A DNA stretch of 63,205 nt, counting the filler, from Choristocarpus tenellus KU-1152 (taxonomy: Eukaryota; Protista; Phaeophyceae), in assembly GCA_964200185.2 (NCBI GenBank). It is 14 parts of 14 records of this genome, joined end to end, with 100 filler letters (N's around TTAATTAATTAA, not from the genome) between each part and the next. Parts side by side here need not be neighbours in the genome. Positions count along the whole stretch, not along the records: positions 11,724 to 20,891 come from CAXNAD020003921.1; positions 20,992 to 23,723 come from CAXNAD020025227.1; positions 23,824 to 27,023 come from CAXNAD020021594.1; 11 more parts are not named here. One strand, 5' to 3'. The first letter of the stretch is position 1; each line of letters starts with the position of its first letter. The notes under the pieces are model-generated. The model had not been told where the DNA came from. It did no database searches and saw only the letters and a program-made list of their open reading frames with translations. Shown here piece after piece: positions 11,900-25,195 of this stretch. A program made the position numbers and the translations under genes.

Positions 11900-13050
11900 T
11901 AAACACGACATCTGCATCACCAGCATAGAGTACCTCTCTCACAGGCGCCTCTCAAGTATTACCCCACTCCCTGTCGCTCCTACTCCTCTGATTAGGTTGT
12001 TTGTTAACACTCTATTGTTCACAACAATATCCTTGGGGATAGTCGGGTCAGAGGTGAACTCCTCAACAAACTCAACTAGCCTATACACTCTTCATCACCC
12101 ATTCGGACGTATGCCAGCATTCCAAGGTGGCAATAGCGATTGACATGAGATTTTTTTTTCTGACACTCCAAATTTGGAAGATACAGCTGACAGGAGATCG
12201 CGACAAAAAGTTAATATGCTGCTGTAGGTCAATAAAACATACCAACAGATGTACATACATTTCCCGCCTTAGCTCCTGAAACGTGCGTGGGGTGTACATC
12301 ATGCCCATTGTGGAGCGTCAAGGCCGAAAACCACACAGTTCCTCATGCCGAAAATCACACAGTTCCTCATGGAGAGTGTTCTGCTTTCTAGGTGAGGACA
12401 CAGACGTGACACAACAATCCTCAGGAATACTCTCAGGGTGTACCACCAATCAGATTCCCCTGTAGTTACGACAATCCGTCGATCGGTCTTCTCGTAGAGC
12501 AACTTGATTGGCTCATCTTTTCGAACCTGCCACACATCTTCCTGGTTTTACACAGCCAAAGGACTCTCGTTAAGCTTAGAAGATAATCCCGACCCTGTTG
12601 GGGCCAAGATTCATAATTATCTTCTGGGAGATCATCTGGTCCCATGGCCTTCTTGTTTGCTGTGACACAGATTGCCTGTACTGCTTCCACCAATATTGGT
12701 GCATCAGCAAATGGCGTGCAAGTGGATCGTTGGTTGAGTACTAAGGTCAACCTGTTGAGGTTGAATGACTTGCCATTTAGGAGGACCTCAAAGTGTTGCC
12801 CATACCGTTCCGTGACCAGTCCTTGCTCTCTCAGTAGCCTGCCACAATAATTGTCGTGTCAGATTGCACTTTTTCAGGTCTTCGCTACGTTAAATCTTTT
12901 CGGGAGTTCGTGAAATCCAACTTGATCCTATCGTTTGCCATGAAGGAGTCAAGACCCTTTCACAGGCAGGTTATCCTCACCAGTTTGAGACTTTTGCCAA
13001 CTGCTTTAAACTCCTGTTTGAAGGTGGCATTTTGGGGTTTGTGCGTTGTT
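11900..13050 (-). mobile_element. Decayed non-LTR retrotransposon (RTE-like LINE) reverse transcriptase
   Basis: Frameshifted and stop-interrupted pieces in canonical order: QHFEVLLN, AVQAI..ANKKAMGPDDLP, KDEPIKLLYEKTDR, YRGI*LV, FLRIVVSRL, EELCGFRP*RSTMGMM..FQEL..CFIDLQ, and LYAGDADVV (for LYADD). Boundaries approximate. Confidence 0.85.
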
Positions 13051-13831
13051 GTTGCCACGATCGTTCCCGATCCTTCTAGGCCTTCAAGAGCCGGTGTTGG
13101 GCTTGGTCACTTGCGTAGGAGCATCCTTCTAGGAATTGGTTTCTTCTGTGCGAAAGAATACTTCTGAACAACACTCACTCAAATTGTGGTGAGTTATATA
13201 CTAATTGTAGTATCTAATTGAACTGATAATATTGGTGAACAAAATACGTCTTTTCCAACAAATGCGCGACTTACGATACGGTGATACGAGTAGGAGTAGG
13301 ATGTTATCTTTAAAATAGTGTGGATTGTTTTCGAAAAAGGCCTTCCAAGACTTTTATCCAGAGATTTGTGTGTCATACTTGTCACAGGTACATAGAAAGG
13401 TCTGTGGACATGTGCAGACATAGACGGGGAGGAAAGGAGGCGCCCCCCCTGCAGAGGTCGCCGAATCTTTGAATAAACAAGGCTTGGCAACGGCCTTGGA
13501 AGTCCACAGGGAGGAAGGAACCTCCGTGTGTTCTGCCTTGGGTTTGTCACGGTCAATAGGTCGTTTTTGAACTTGGTTCACTTTTTTTGGTTTGGGAGGC
13601 TCGATTGTTGACTTTTTTTAGCTAACGGCTTAATATCTAAGAGCTCAGACTACAGGAGAGGTTATATATGCGTACTAAGTGCTCCTTCTATGGATTCCAG
13701 CAGTGAAAATCACGATCAATCCAATGCCAGTGGGACCGCGAAAGGTGAGTCATCTGCTTGAAGTCTGCGTTTGGTTTTATGCTAAGACAGTCTGGAACAT
13801 GACTTCACCGCAGACGAACGTCTTACTGTAG

Positions 13832-16800
13832 GACCTCAACCACCCTTGCTCTTTATCGCTCTCTTATTTTCGCGCTACAACGCCCCGTGGCAATGGAGAC
13901 CCTGGTCCTTCGATCAGGACATTGAAGTCTGCTCTTGAGTGTGCTGTGTGCTTGGCACTAGTCTGCGAACCAGTGTCACTGAGCTGTGGACATACCTTTT
14001 GCCGCAGCTGCATCGTCTCTACGCTGAGAAGAAACAAGAAGAAATGTCCTGTCTGCCGCGCTGTCTGCCACAATAAGTGAGTACTCCCTGTCGTGCTAAG
14101 ATATTAAGGTTGTGGTACCAGGCTCGACAAACTAAGCCTGAGGAACACAACTTGGTGAACAAGAACAATCTGTGGAGGACCTGTGTATGTCCATATTGAA
14201 TATTGTACCATGTGTTCCTCTGTCCAAGTGATTATCATTTCTTCCTCCAAAGTCGGGCTGTGCGTATGTTTTCCCTCGTAATTCTTAGTCGTTGATTCTG
14301 TTGAGTCATTTCCCAACTTCACAGCATACATATAAATTCCGCCAATGCTGCACAGCGCGGAGGATCAACCGGAGAATGTTATGATTACGCAGATCGTTAA
14401 TATCTGCTTTCCTGAGGAAGCAAGACAGCGACTGACCGAGAGCGCTGGTGACAGAAGTAGCTGGAAGTCCCAGCTTCCTGTCTTCTACTGTGAGTCCCAT
14501 TCCTCCCCTGCACACTTTATTTCAAGTGGAGAAGGCATCCTGTGTGCACACTGTGATGAATTTCGCTTTATCGAGCTGTGACCATTGCCTTTGCTACACA
14601 TCCTATTAAGGAACCCACCGATACATTATGGCAATATTGAGATCTTCCAATGACAGTGCAACTCTATATTTGGACACGTTCTATTGGAAGGCAACACGAG
14701 GATCAGATATTATTTTATGCACTTGCTCATACCTACCTATTGCCTTTTTGTCTTGTTTTCTTTGTGCTTGCTTTCTTTGTGTTCTCTGCGGTTGGGCTTG
14801 GGATGTGGGACTGGATCTGAGGGGCTCGATAGACAACCTTCCTATGTTTCCAGGAGAGACCTTGCACCTCCATCTGTTTGAGCCACGGTATAAACTAATG
14901 ATGCAGAGGATAGTAAACACTTCAAGGCGGTGAGATTCTACCAGTTGTGCGCTTATGGTCTTGTGTTCGTTCATCTCTCGAGAGGGGCCAACCAAGTTTT
15001 GGTGCCACATCTAAACCTTGGAAATGTGTTTTCAATGCACTTCTGTATGTGGTGTTTCTGTATGTGAGCCCCGCTCCATGACCGTCCACTCACTGTTGAA
15101 GATGAAACCAACACATTAACATTCATTTTTCGTTGTACCCCTGTGTGTGTGATACCTGTTGCTCCAAACATTGAAACATTTGCCATCCTTTGGCGCTCTG
15201 GCTTTCTATCCATGCATCTAACCCCCACATTGCCACCCTCTCGAATTCTTGCTGTAACTGCCTGCCCATCTATCCTCGGGGAATTTTCTCTGTGGTTTGT
15301 TCTTTGTTACCGTTGTGTGGCAGTTTTGGGTACATCCCCAACTACACGAATTACGATGCAACCCTTGGGGACGTGGCTCTCATAGCAGAAGTGGTGAGTG
15401 AGCTTCTTGTATGTGGGGTAACCAATGGGACAAGGGCTCGGGGTTAGCGGCATGGAATAGTTGTTGCGAAACTGTGAAGTGCATGCGCAGACACTGTAAA
15501 TAAGCCTTGTGGGAAATCCGCTGTTGCATTCAGTCACTTGTTGTCAACTGAACCTCTGTTAAAAGGGTGCAAAAGTTTTTTTATTTGTTTTCTGATTCTG
15601 TTTTGAACATGCTCGGTTTGAGAAGAACAGACATGAAGCTGTTACTTGATATGGATTTTGTGTTCTGAACTGGTAGGATGGCGTTGTTTAAGTCATGGAG
15701 TGTAAGTGAGGTATACTGCCTAATGATGATTGGCAGTGCTGATTGATTAATGTATTGTGTTTGAATAGCGCAAGCAGAATGCAGTGGATGGGAGCAATCC
15801 TGGAAAACATTTCATACTTCTTAAATTCACTGGCAGGTAGATGCTGATATTGGATTCTTACAATGCCTAAGGGATAAACACACCCATGGTTCGAATCTGC
15901 CTTTCAAGTAGTATCCTCCAAGGCTCTTTGTCCAATTCAAGACTGTAGTTTGTGATAGGTTCAATATGGACTGCAGCCTAGTTGCTAGTGTCTATGAAGG
16001 GTCTGGTCCTGGACCATGGCGCAATTCCTAGTGTTTTTTTAAGGTCAAGTCCAATTTGTGGGTTGGTTAAATCCCAGACCATACCAGTGCAACAGGTCAA
16101 TACAGTTTGGTGAAACCAGCCCAAGCAGCGTTGACCCCCAGATTTTGATTAGGTATGAATACAGTCACGCTGTCTGCGCCATGAACTGGTGTTCCGGGTG
16201 TACTGTTTTCCTTATCTAACCTACTGGACTGGCCTCCTCTCACACAGCGTTATTAGGCTGTAATGTACCGAATGTGTTGTGTTGGTACTACACTCGTGGT
16301 CCTGTACTTCTAATTGTACTCCTATGTACTTCTGACTGATAGAAACCGTCCACTTATGAGGTCTTTCTCTTGTAGATTATTTTTCTTCTTTTTTCAGACT
16401 TGTAGTCTGATCAGGGCTGGGTCAAGCAGGAGTAGTAGGGCTGGGCGTGTCTTTTTTCTAAGTGAAAGTTGTGTGTAGGGTGTTTTGAAGGAACATATCT
16501 TGGGCTACTGATGTCTGAGAAAGGCCTGGTCTAGGTCGCAACATGGTTGCTAGTGTTCAGAAGTTGTCACGTTCCTAGCCACTGGGGTTTGTTCAGAGAC
16601 TGGTGAGGGTTAGGGTAGGGGGTTGGGTTTAGGGCTAACCCGACTCATTCGTCTTGTTTGTATTTTGTAGTCTTTATGTTCCTGTTGTGATTTTTATTTT
16701 GATATTATATATTTTTTCAATAGAAGTAAATATATGCGGATTGGGAGGCCATGGGGCCCCCAGCCCCCTTGCCAGAGCTAGGTTCATAAGACATGAGAGT

Positions 16801-19161
16801 TATCCCTGCAAGTGACTATTGCCGTTACCGATACAAGTTCAGGTCTCACTATGAACGTTCAACCGTTACCTATGTTTCCCTTCAGTTGAAAAAGGTTGAA
16901 GATGTCGAGATGTACATACGCCAGTCTATTGCATAGCAACTGTACTACGCGCTCTTGGTGACACACATGAGGAGAAAGGGTTAGGGTTAGGGTTAGGGTT
17001 AGGGCTAGGGTTAGGTGCCCCTAACACAACTTTTCCAATGCGCTTGCTTGCCTCTGCATCCCGTCCCTGTGTCCTGGGTATTGACCGTGCTCTTTTTGGT
17101 CCCCTGGGAGGTAGTGTGAATGTGAATTTTTGAGTGATGGACGAGTGCTGCTGGAGGCTAAGCTGATTGGTCGATACACTGTTGTGGATCACTTTGTGGA
17201 GGAGGGAACTCAGGGCCTCCACTACTGCCAGTTGGAGGCTCGAGGCGATGATCCGCCTGTGAGCAGGGAGGGAGCTGTCTTGCAGGCCAAACTACATGAG
17301 GAGGCGCAAGGCCTGGTCAATCGTGTCATTGGCCCTGTGAAGGTTTGTTTTGGAGGTATATATATATATATATATATTTTTGTAGGGTCTCTAATTGTTC
17401 GGTTGTAGGGAACGGCGCTTGTACTCCTACTAGTTGAATATTTGAGGAGACGATGTCGCAGTGCCTTTACGTCGGGGTATGAGTCAGTTTTTAGGTGTTG
17501 TTTAGTGTAGGTTTGATGGTGTTGCTGGTGGAGAGGTGGCTCCTGAGGCTTGGGTCCTCTGCAGGAGAAGAGGGCCAGAACTTTTGTTGATTGATTGATC
17601 TACGTTGTTGAGAGGATATGATGTGGTTTTGTAGTGATGAGCAGGGGGGGGGGGGGGTTGTGTCCATGTTGTGCTTCTCGCTGGTTGTGCTACCTTCCTT
17701 GTGTCCTTTTCTTGTACATTTTGAAGAGGTTAGGGTTAGGGTTTCTGGTGCAATAGTGTAACTGTCATTATAGTAGAACAGTTAAAAGGTGAGTGCTATC
17801 ATAGGCCTGAATCTATGTCCTGGTCCTCACGGATACAATATTTTTTCATATTGGTCAGGACATTAGTTCTGTGTCTTTCTGCGTATTTCTAGACCGTTTT
17901 TTTCACTTGGCCCCCCCCCTCCCCAAAAAAGAAGAATATGTGCATACAAAGCATTTTTAATCTTGCCATATGTGATGGTCATGTATGCGATGACCTATGT
18001 TGGCATCAGGAATGTATCTACTACGTGTATGGGTGTTAGGGTTACATATCCCACCGAGTCAAATTATCTTAGAGGGTAGAGCTGCGTCCGTTTAGGGGTC
18101 AAAATCCAACGTTGCGATTTTGATGTAATTTTGGCTTTCATGTTTGTTAGTAAGGTTCAATATCCTTGTTCTGGACACACCTTTTCATAACGTATACATT
18201 TTACCTACTCCGAAACATTTTGGAGTAGGAAAATGTCAAAAAGAAACTGTGGGAAGCCAAAGCCCAAAATGGACAAAAACAGGGCAAAACTCGTACCCTC
18301 TAAGATACTTTCACTCACCAGTCATTATAATATTTTCACATATTAACAGCTCATCAGATGTATTCACTACACCTCCATCTGGGTATTTCCCTCCTCCCTC
18401 CCTCCCTGATGCTGATTCCAGTCTCTGGGTGTGTCTGAAATACAACCTCAGACCTAAGGCAAAACTGCGCTGAGCCATCAAGTATCTTTATTATTATTAT
18501 TATTATTTATTAAGCGGTTATAAGATGTCAAGGCGGCCACAATAGAATGGGCTGAAGGCACAAATTACTGTACTCCACACTATAAGCCATATCAAATAAC
18601 CCAGTAGACATGCAAGCTCAAGCAGTGTACCTCTTGTTTCTCACCACACCTTCCCCTCTTCCCGCAACCTCTGTTTACTTTATTGAACAGGCGCAGGTGA
18701 TATCTACACACGGGGAAATGCCTACTTCTGCAGAGGGCCTATCAATGTGGATTGCTTCCATCCTGCCAATGCCTGTCCCTGAGAAGCATCGGCACCTCTC
18801 AGGAAAGTCCACGATCAAACGCCTGGAAGGGTGTATATCTCTCCTCTCGGCTATGGGCGCTTCTGGTAAGGAGGAGGTGGATAGGAGTGGACAAAGAAGA
18901 GCATCGCAAGCCGCAGCGGCTGCAGCTGCAATGGGGTCGGGGTTGTCGTTTGGTTCAGAGGAGGTTGGCATGGTCCAAGAGGGGAAGGAAGGTGGAGACG
19001 AGGGACTACAAACAGAATCCTTGGGAACAGCAGGGGTAATTGGGGGGATGAGTGAGGAAGAGGAGGAGCAGGGGTTGGAGGCAATAGTTGTTGATGTAGC
19101 AACAAGTGAGGCGGGAGGGGGAGATGGGGTGGAATCGCCTGAGAGGTTGAGAGGGTACTAG
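13832..19161 (+). CDS. LONRF: RING finger + LON peptidase N-terminal domain protein (LONRF-like E3 ligase)
   Basis: Exons about 13832-14076 (C3HC4 RING: ECAVCLALVCEPVSLSCGHTFCRSCI...KCPVCR), 14356-14489, 14833-14929 (LPMFPGETLHLHLFEPRYKLMMQR), 15324-15393, 17115-17342 (LSDGRVLL), 18691-19161 (LSMWIASILPM..STIKRL, TAG); phases consistent. 5' end uncertain; a short upstream exon may end at 13744 (AAG|GTGAGT). Confidence 0.9.
16978..17015 (+). repeat. Interstitial telomere-type repeat, about 6 TTAGGG units, inside a LONRF intron
   Basis: GGGTTAGGGTTAGGGTTAGGGTTAGGGCTAGGGTTAGG read directly. Confidence 0.9.
18056..18316. mobile_element. Family A TIR element in a LONRF intron
   Basis: GAGTCAAATTATCTTAGAGGG ... 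CCCTCTAAGATACTTTCACTC; flanks CACC / ACC (TSD imperfect by one base). Confidence 0.88.
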
Positions 19162-20624
19162 TTGGGTTGGAGGTGTTGCAGGGTGTGTTTGGAGGAGTTG
19201 TAACGGGCGAGTACAGTGCTGGACAAGGGGTATTGGTCATGGGTAGGGAAGGAGGAAAGATGTGAAGGACTGCTAGGCTTGCAGTTTCGTTTTCTGCTAG
19301 AGGTAACATAGAGTGGGAAACTGTGGTCCTGCCCTCCTCGTTAGGCAGGGCGGAAGAGGGTACATCTCTTTGCGGATGAGGCCTTGGTTGTTGTTTTGAT
19401 GGCTCTTGAGAGAGGAATATTAGGTGGCATGGTGGGAGGGACAGCGGGAACTGGTGTATACTGTATGGTTACCTGTCTTGAATGCTGTTGTAAAAAGCAT
19501 ATTTTTCGAAGAGAGCCCTTGAATCAATTCTTATTTTGGCACTTTTAGTGAGTTTGTGGAGTAGGTGTGATGAGAGAAGCTTCTTGACCTTGCTGTGTTG
19601 AGGTCTCAAGAGTTGAGTTGTCTGAAAGAAGGGGGGAGGGGGGAAGCATTGTGCATTATTATTCAGCTAGAGCTTGTGTGGAGATGTGTATGTAGTGGGT
19701 CGGGCAGCAACAGTACACTCAGGAGTTTCATTTGTTGTGTCCCATTCAAGGTTCTGCCAGTCAGATACTGTTGTCTGCCCACAGAAGATAAGGAGGAGAT
19801 ATCTGTATGGGAAGGCTCTTTCATTTACATGGAGTTACTAAAGGTGCACATGGCATACCACATGATAAAATATTCAAACTTGGTCGACGTCTCTTTCAGT
19901 ATAATAGATAGTATGACTACGGTAGTGATCTCGGCTGACACGTGGTATGAAAAGCAGCACATCATATGTGTGTATTATGTGGTTTATGTACACAGAACAG
20001 CAGTACTACATGCAGAAAAATAACACAATGTGATGATGAGGTATGTATGTATGAGGGTGTCTTTTGACTCTCCATTGTAGGTTTTGACCTCAGCAACAAC
20101 TCCTTCTCAGTGGAACAAAGTCTTGGGTGTCTTGAAGGACAAGACAGGAAGGGCTATATTTTCAGGAGGAGAGAGGTAGTGGTCCGTTGCTAATCTTGGA
20201 GTGAGTGGGTGACACAGCGACTTGAGGGAGTGTGTGAGGGGTTTGTTGTAATATGCGATGATTGCTGGCTTCAGTTAACAATTGTTGTGTCGACAGGCAG
20301 TATAGATAGTAACTGCACAAGAAGTAAATTATGAGTAGTGGCAATGCAAACAAGATGTGTCAAGATGAACATGCAATGTCTAACTTGGGGTGTCTGGAGG
20401 CACTAGCAGGGGAGGCGGTCGGGTGGGATCTAACAAGACTACTGGTTGTCCTGGGATTTTCCTTTTCTGAGCAAGCTCCTTCATAGTAGTGCTATAGTTG
20501 ATGTGTGTTTAGCCCATACTAACTGAAGGATGTCAAGTCGTATTAAAAAATTTATGACTTTTCTTGTCTGAAATGTTTCAACAAGTCCATACTAGTCTTA
20601 TTGTTGGATAGGAAACTCTTTAAT

Positions 20625-20891
20625 GGCTCAAAGTATCTGGGGGGGTGGGTGGTGGCTGTCCATTTGGCGCCAATTTTTTCACGTCGCGATTTTTAACAGC
20701 CGATCACCAAAATTGAGGATGGAGGTTTTTATGGAGGATGAGCGAGACCCGGAATGGTGTGCGGAAAGTGCACATATTTTTTTTTGTAAATGTTGCGGCA
20801 CTTTTGGAGGGCCCCGCTACGAATGGGAATCCATCCAGAAGGTGGTAGTAGGACAGTGTGTGGGGCAGCAATGATTTTGTTTGATCGTCGT
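20625..20891. mobile_element. End of longer TIR element (family B) running into the contig end
   Basis: Starts GGCTCAAAGTATCTGGGGGG, then GGCTGTCCATTTGG..CAATTTTTTCA and ACAGCCGATCACCAAAATTGAGGATGGAG; the same blocks recur at 30220-30288, 43530-43601, 54768-54845, 54946-55015 and 63155-63205. Confidence 0.8.
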
Positions 20892-22171
20892 NNNNNNNNN
20901 NNNNNNNNNNNNNNNNNNNNNNNNNNNNNNNNNNNTTAATTAATTAANNNNNNNNNNNNNNNNNNNNNNNNNNNNNNNNNNNNNNNNNNNNTGTTGGGGG
21001 TTGGTTGGAGGGTGGGTTGGGTGGTGGGGGGGGGGGGGGGGGGGGGGGGGGGGTGGGGTCTACACCAGGGTGTCCATTCGGGCCATGACCAGGAGAAGTG
21101 AACTTACATTATCCATCCGACGCATGCAAGCAAATCACCCAAAAATCGTGACATGGAAAAACAGACCTCGAACAGACAGCCGCCACCCCCCACCCCCCGG
21201 TGGTAGCAACTGATGGAAGTACCCAGTCCATGGAAGAGGTGCTTTGGAAAAGATTACTTGCACCAGTCATGGACAACACCAAAGGTGGTTGCTATGAGCT
21301 CTCCTATCCCGTAGGGGGCTGCTGTTGAGTTGAGTATTTAAAGTCCCTGTTACTGCCTTCTGGTATATGTCCTTCTAGTACTCTGAAGGACTATTATATG
21401 TGCATGATGTGGATGGGCATTTATCTTCTCTTCAACAGGCAGAGCCTCCCATTGAGCGTTAGTTGCATTTCAAGGATGGCATTGGAGCAGAGCAAGAGCG
21501 TCAGTTAGAAGGCCTCAAGAGCTTTGAATACTCCAAACTGCCCGATTAGACCCCCTCTACGATATTTGAAGAATATTTTCCTGGTTTTTGTTATCTTTGT
21601 TAGGCATCCTCCACCCATGCTTACCAATTATGTGCTTTCCCCGCCAAGAATCAACAAACACTTTACGTTTCTCCACCCAAATTCTGTCCCCCCTTACTTT
21701 CTTTGGTTACAGGCTTTGTGACGATTGATGGTGCGTGATCCGTGGACGGTTGGTTGTTTCACAAGACACCGTGCGATACATCATGGTGCGTTTCAAGGTA
21801 GACTTGCACAAGCTTTGAAACTCTTCCTATAGCATCAGCCGCATTCTATCATCTGTCGTCATCTCAAGCGGCAATCTTACGATCAATGGTGACGATGGAT
21901 CGACTTCGAATATTGCTCATCCAGGGTATTCCATCTATACTTTTAGATAATACCAAAATGGAACAAACGAACCTAGCTAAACCTCATAAAAACACTCTGC
22001 AAATAATAGCAAGTATACTAATACTAAATACATTATGATGACTGAATGGCCTATGCATACATACATGCACAGGAAAGGACATGATGGCCTTGCTTCCTGG
22101 AGTCGAACGAACAAACCCTACTACTACTAATACAAACTCTTCAAACAAGACAAAGATCTTCCTTGTCTTCC

Positions 22172-22428
22172 GACCCAAAGCATTTAAGAGGGTAGGAGTT
22201 TTGCCCTGTTTGTCTGTTTGAGGCTTGGCTTCCCACGATTTTTTTGTGCCCTTTTTCGGCTTCCTGTATGAACACCGTTATCTAAAATGTATACGACTAT
22301 GAAAGATGTGTCCGGAGCAAGGATTTTGACACTTGCTAACAAACACGATAGCCAAAATTAATCATAACAGAAACATTGGATTTGGACCCTGAACCAACGT
22401 GGCCCTACCCTCTTCAATGCTTTGGGTC
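22172..22428. mobile_element. Diverged family A TIR element, 4-bp TSD TTCC
   Basis: GACCCAAAGCATTTAAGAGGGTAGG ... CCCTACCCTCTTCAATGCTTTGGGTC; TTCC at 22168-22171 and 22429-22432. Confidence 0.85.
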
Positions 22429-23181
22429 TTCCAAAAGTCAAAACATGTCAATTATCAGAAACACGTTCCTGTCCGTGTGCCAGGCCCCTACAGTAGCGCT
22501 TTTAGTACCTTGACGATATTTTACAGGTCAAGAACAGAACGTTCATTTACGTATGACAGCAACAGTAGAACTTGACTTGTTGGCAAACACTGCGTGCAAG
22601 GTATTACTTTGCAGTATAACACGACTAGGAAACAAGACAAAACGAAGACCAGATGAGACTGCCACAAAAAAATATAAACTGAGTTACGATGATGCTACAT
22701 ACAGTAGACCTGACACGGTAGAGGTCTTCTTCTACTTTGTTTTATTTTATTGTTCGTCTGTACAACAGTTACATACAGCAAAACGTCTGCAAGCCTCACG
22801 CTTGAAACAACACCCATCTACATAGATCTACAAGACTGAATATGGAAAATGTGCAACAACATATGCCAACATCGTAGGAGTTATGAAGTTTAACAGGTCA
22901 AAGAAAAGTGAAGGGATTATTCTGAAGAGAGCATCCAGATCAGGTGGTCAGGAAGGTGAAGTAGTACAGAGTATATTTAAATAAATATGTGAATACTACG
23001 GACTACTACTACTTCACTCCATACGAAGTAGTAAATAGGATACAATTAGAGCACTACAGAAAAAAAACAAAAATAATAGAAGATGTATGTCAACTTCTGG
23101 TTTGCTTACGCACAAAATACCTACCCCACGAACACACAAACTGCGTAACAATGACAAAGAAACTGAAGTAAAATATATATA

Positions 23182-23723
23182 CTACCTCCGTCCCATAAGT
23201 CTGTGTCGCGTTGTCCATAACGTTTTCAAGATGATGATGATATTCATTTCTGAAGAAGATTTGGAATCCTTGACGAATTTCTGGTTAGGGTCAGCTCTTT
23301 TTATTATTATTACTCCCCATCCATCACAATTTCATCAGTCACAGAAAAAGTCTCCATGCCTACCTTCGGTGTGTTTTCAAGCTCACCAGACAACTGCCTC
23401 TTCCTTACCCCTGTGTGCTCCAGACTGAACTCATTTCCCCCTTTGTATCTAAGTACTTGATTGTACACCACAAAACGGAGCTGCCAAGCCCTCTCAAGTG
23501 TAGTTTCATCATACTCCTCATACTGTTTCTTAATTACCTTCACCATCTCCTCGACAGACCCAAACCACTCCCCCATCACCCGGCATTTCAAAGACCTGAA
23601 GAAGCACAGGTCCATATTATGAGGTCAGGGGAGTTAGATGGTTGCGTCACAAGCCTAATCAACCACACCCCTCAGTCTTCCCTGCCCCTGAGAAGATTTC
23701 TGAGTTACCCTTGCCCGTGTGGG
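23182..23723 (-). mobile_element. Mariner-like (plant DD39D / Stowaway-type) DNA transposon, transposase C-terminus plus terminal repeat
   Basis: IRLVTQPSNSPDL, then a 1-nt frameshift, then MDLCFFRSL...TLERAW..VYNQVLRYKGGNEFSLEH (stop at 23310); terminus TA|CTACCTCCGTCCCATAA at 23180-23198 matches the Stowaway-type CTCCCTCCGTCCC end next to a TA target site. Confidence 0.85.
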
Positions 23724-25195
23724 NNNNNNNNNNNNNNNNNNNNNNNNNNNNNNNNNNNNNNNNNNNNTTAATTAATTAANNNNNNNNNNNNNNNNNNNNN
23801 NNNNNNNNNNNNNNNNNNNNNNNCCAACACCCTTCTCAAACGTTCCCCTGTGGGCGATCTTTTTATGGCAGCCTAGTTGGTTCAAGGTGTCGGGGGGGGG
23901 GGGGGAGGTGATTTGTGAGGGGGCATCCGTTTCGGTCAAACAACTTTTTTTTGCTGACATTTCAAATCCGACATGTGTGTGACCAAATCACACCAAAAAA
24001 GTGAAAATCGAAAAAAGGGCGAAAAACGGACTCCAACACCCCCCCCCCCCCAAAACCTTGGCCCCAAACCCTGGGGAACGTCCCCTCTGTCCGCCTGCCC
24101 CCCCAGTTTNNNNNNNNNNAACAAAACAACACAAAAAAATGAAAATCGAAAAAAGGGCGAAAAACGGACTCCCACCCCCCCCCCCCCCCAGATACTTTGG
24201 CCCCATAGCTTGTGGAATGTCTCTTGTGTCGGCATGCGCTGCAAGTTTGTCGACCCATAGATATCGAATATTGATCGCTCCGCCCCTCTGCATCCGCACT
24301 GCAAAGGAACATAGCCTTCCCCTTAAAGGAGGATATTGATATCCTCACTGTCGATGTCCTGTTGATCAGTCCCGAGAGGTTATTGGTGATTGCGTAAGCC
24401 TAGCCTACGGGGGGATAGGGGCACCGAAGCGTGGCTCTCAGTCGTGTCTTGGATTTCCGGACCAAGAGGCGTGATTGAGGCGTGAGGGAGAACTCTTTGC
24501 ACAAATAAGTTTGAGACGATGTTGTTGGTGTGGGCATGTCGCTGGAAATTTCTGCGGGCCGATGTTGTAGTGTTCCTCGTGCGTTTCCCACGATTTTTTG
24601 CTTTTTATTTTTATTGAGAATGATAAAAACGTAAATTGTGAGAGACATCTTCTACAGAAGGTATATATATATATATATACACCCTGAAGGTGACCTATCT
24701 TGAACATTTATGATGTTCATAGGAGATTTTGTTTTTGCATGTTGAGGGTAACATCTCCTTGAAGTAAGATCGGGTGGTTGGGAGTGACCTTACCAAAGCC
24801 CCCTCTTTTTAAGTTACCACCTGAACACTCTTTTCCTGAGTGATCTTCTGAGGGATTGCTCTCCCTTTTTTGCCTTGTCTCTCTTTGATCTTTCCTCCTG
24901 TGAGTCTTCCCGTTCCCCTTCATCTCGAAGAAACTGTCGGCTTATTTCACAAAATCCCTCTCATTTCCACCTGTTTCACAAAATCTTACATATGTGTGTG
25001 TGTGTGTATTGATGCACAGGTTTCTATTGACGTAAGAGTGGGGGTATCGTGGTGTTCGATTTCGAAAAGAGGTTGTCTGGCGAGGTTGCTTCCCTTCCTT
25101 TGCTTTTATTTGTTTTGCTTGTGTGTGCGAGCAGAGTTTATTGAAATTTCTGTACCACACTACTACTACTACTACTACTACTACTCTAATCGCAG

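Noticed and set aside
21235-21315. VLWKRLLAPVMDNTKGGCYELSY, reminiscent of a mariner transposase C-terminus
   Set aside because: Under 30 codons with weak similarity and no TIR found.
24001-24202. Direct repeat of a family B end on both sides of a 10-N gap
   Set aside because: The copies flank a scaffold gap and poly-C tracts; most likely overlapping low-quality contig ends.
24329-24392. Possible exon reading EDIDILTVDVLLISPERLLVIA (RecQ-like) or an upstream HAD exon
   Set aside because: Too short; this frame does not match the phase of the HAD exon at 25196 and the matching frame has a stop.
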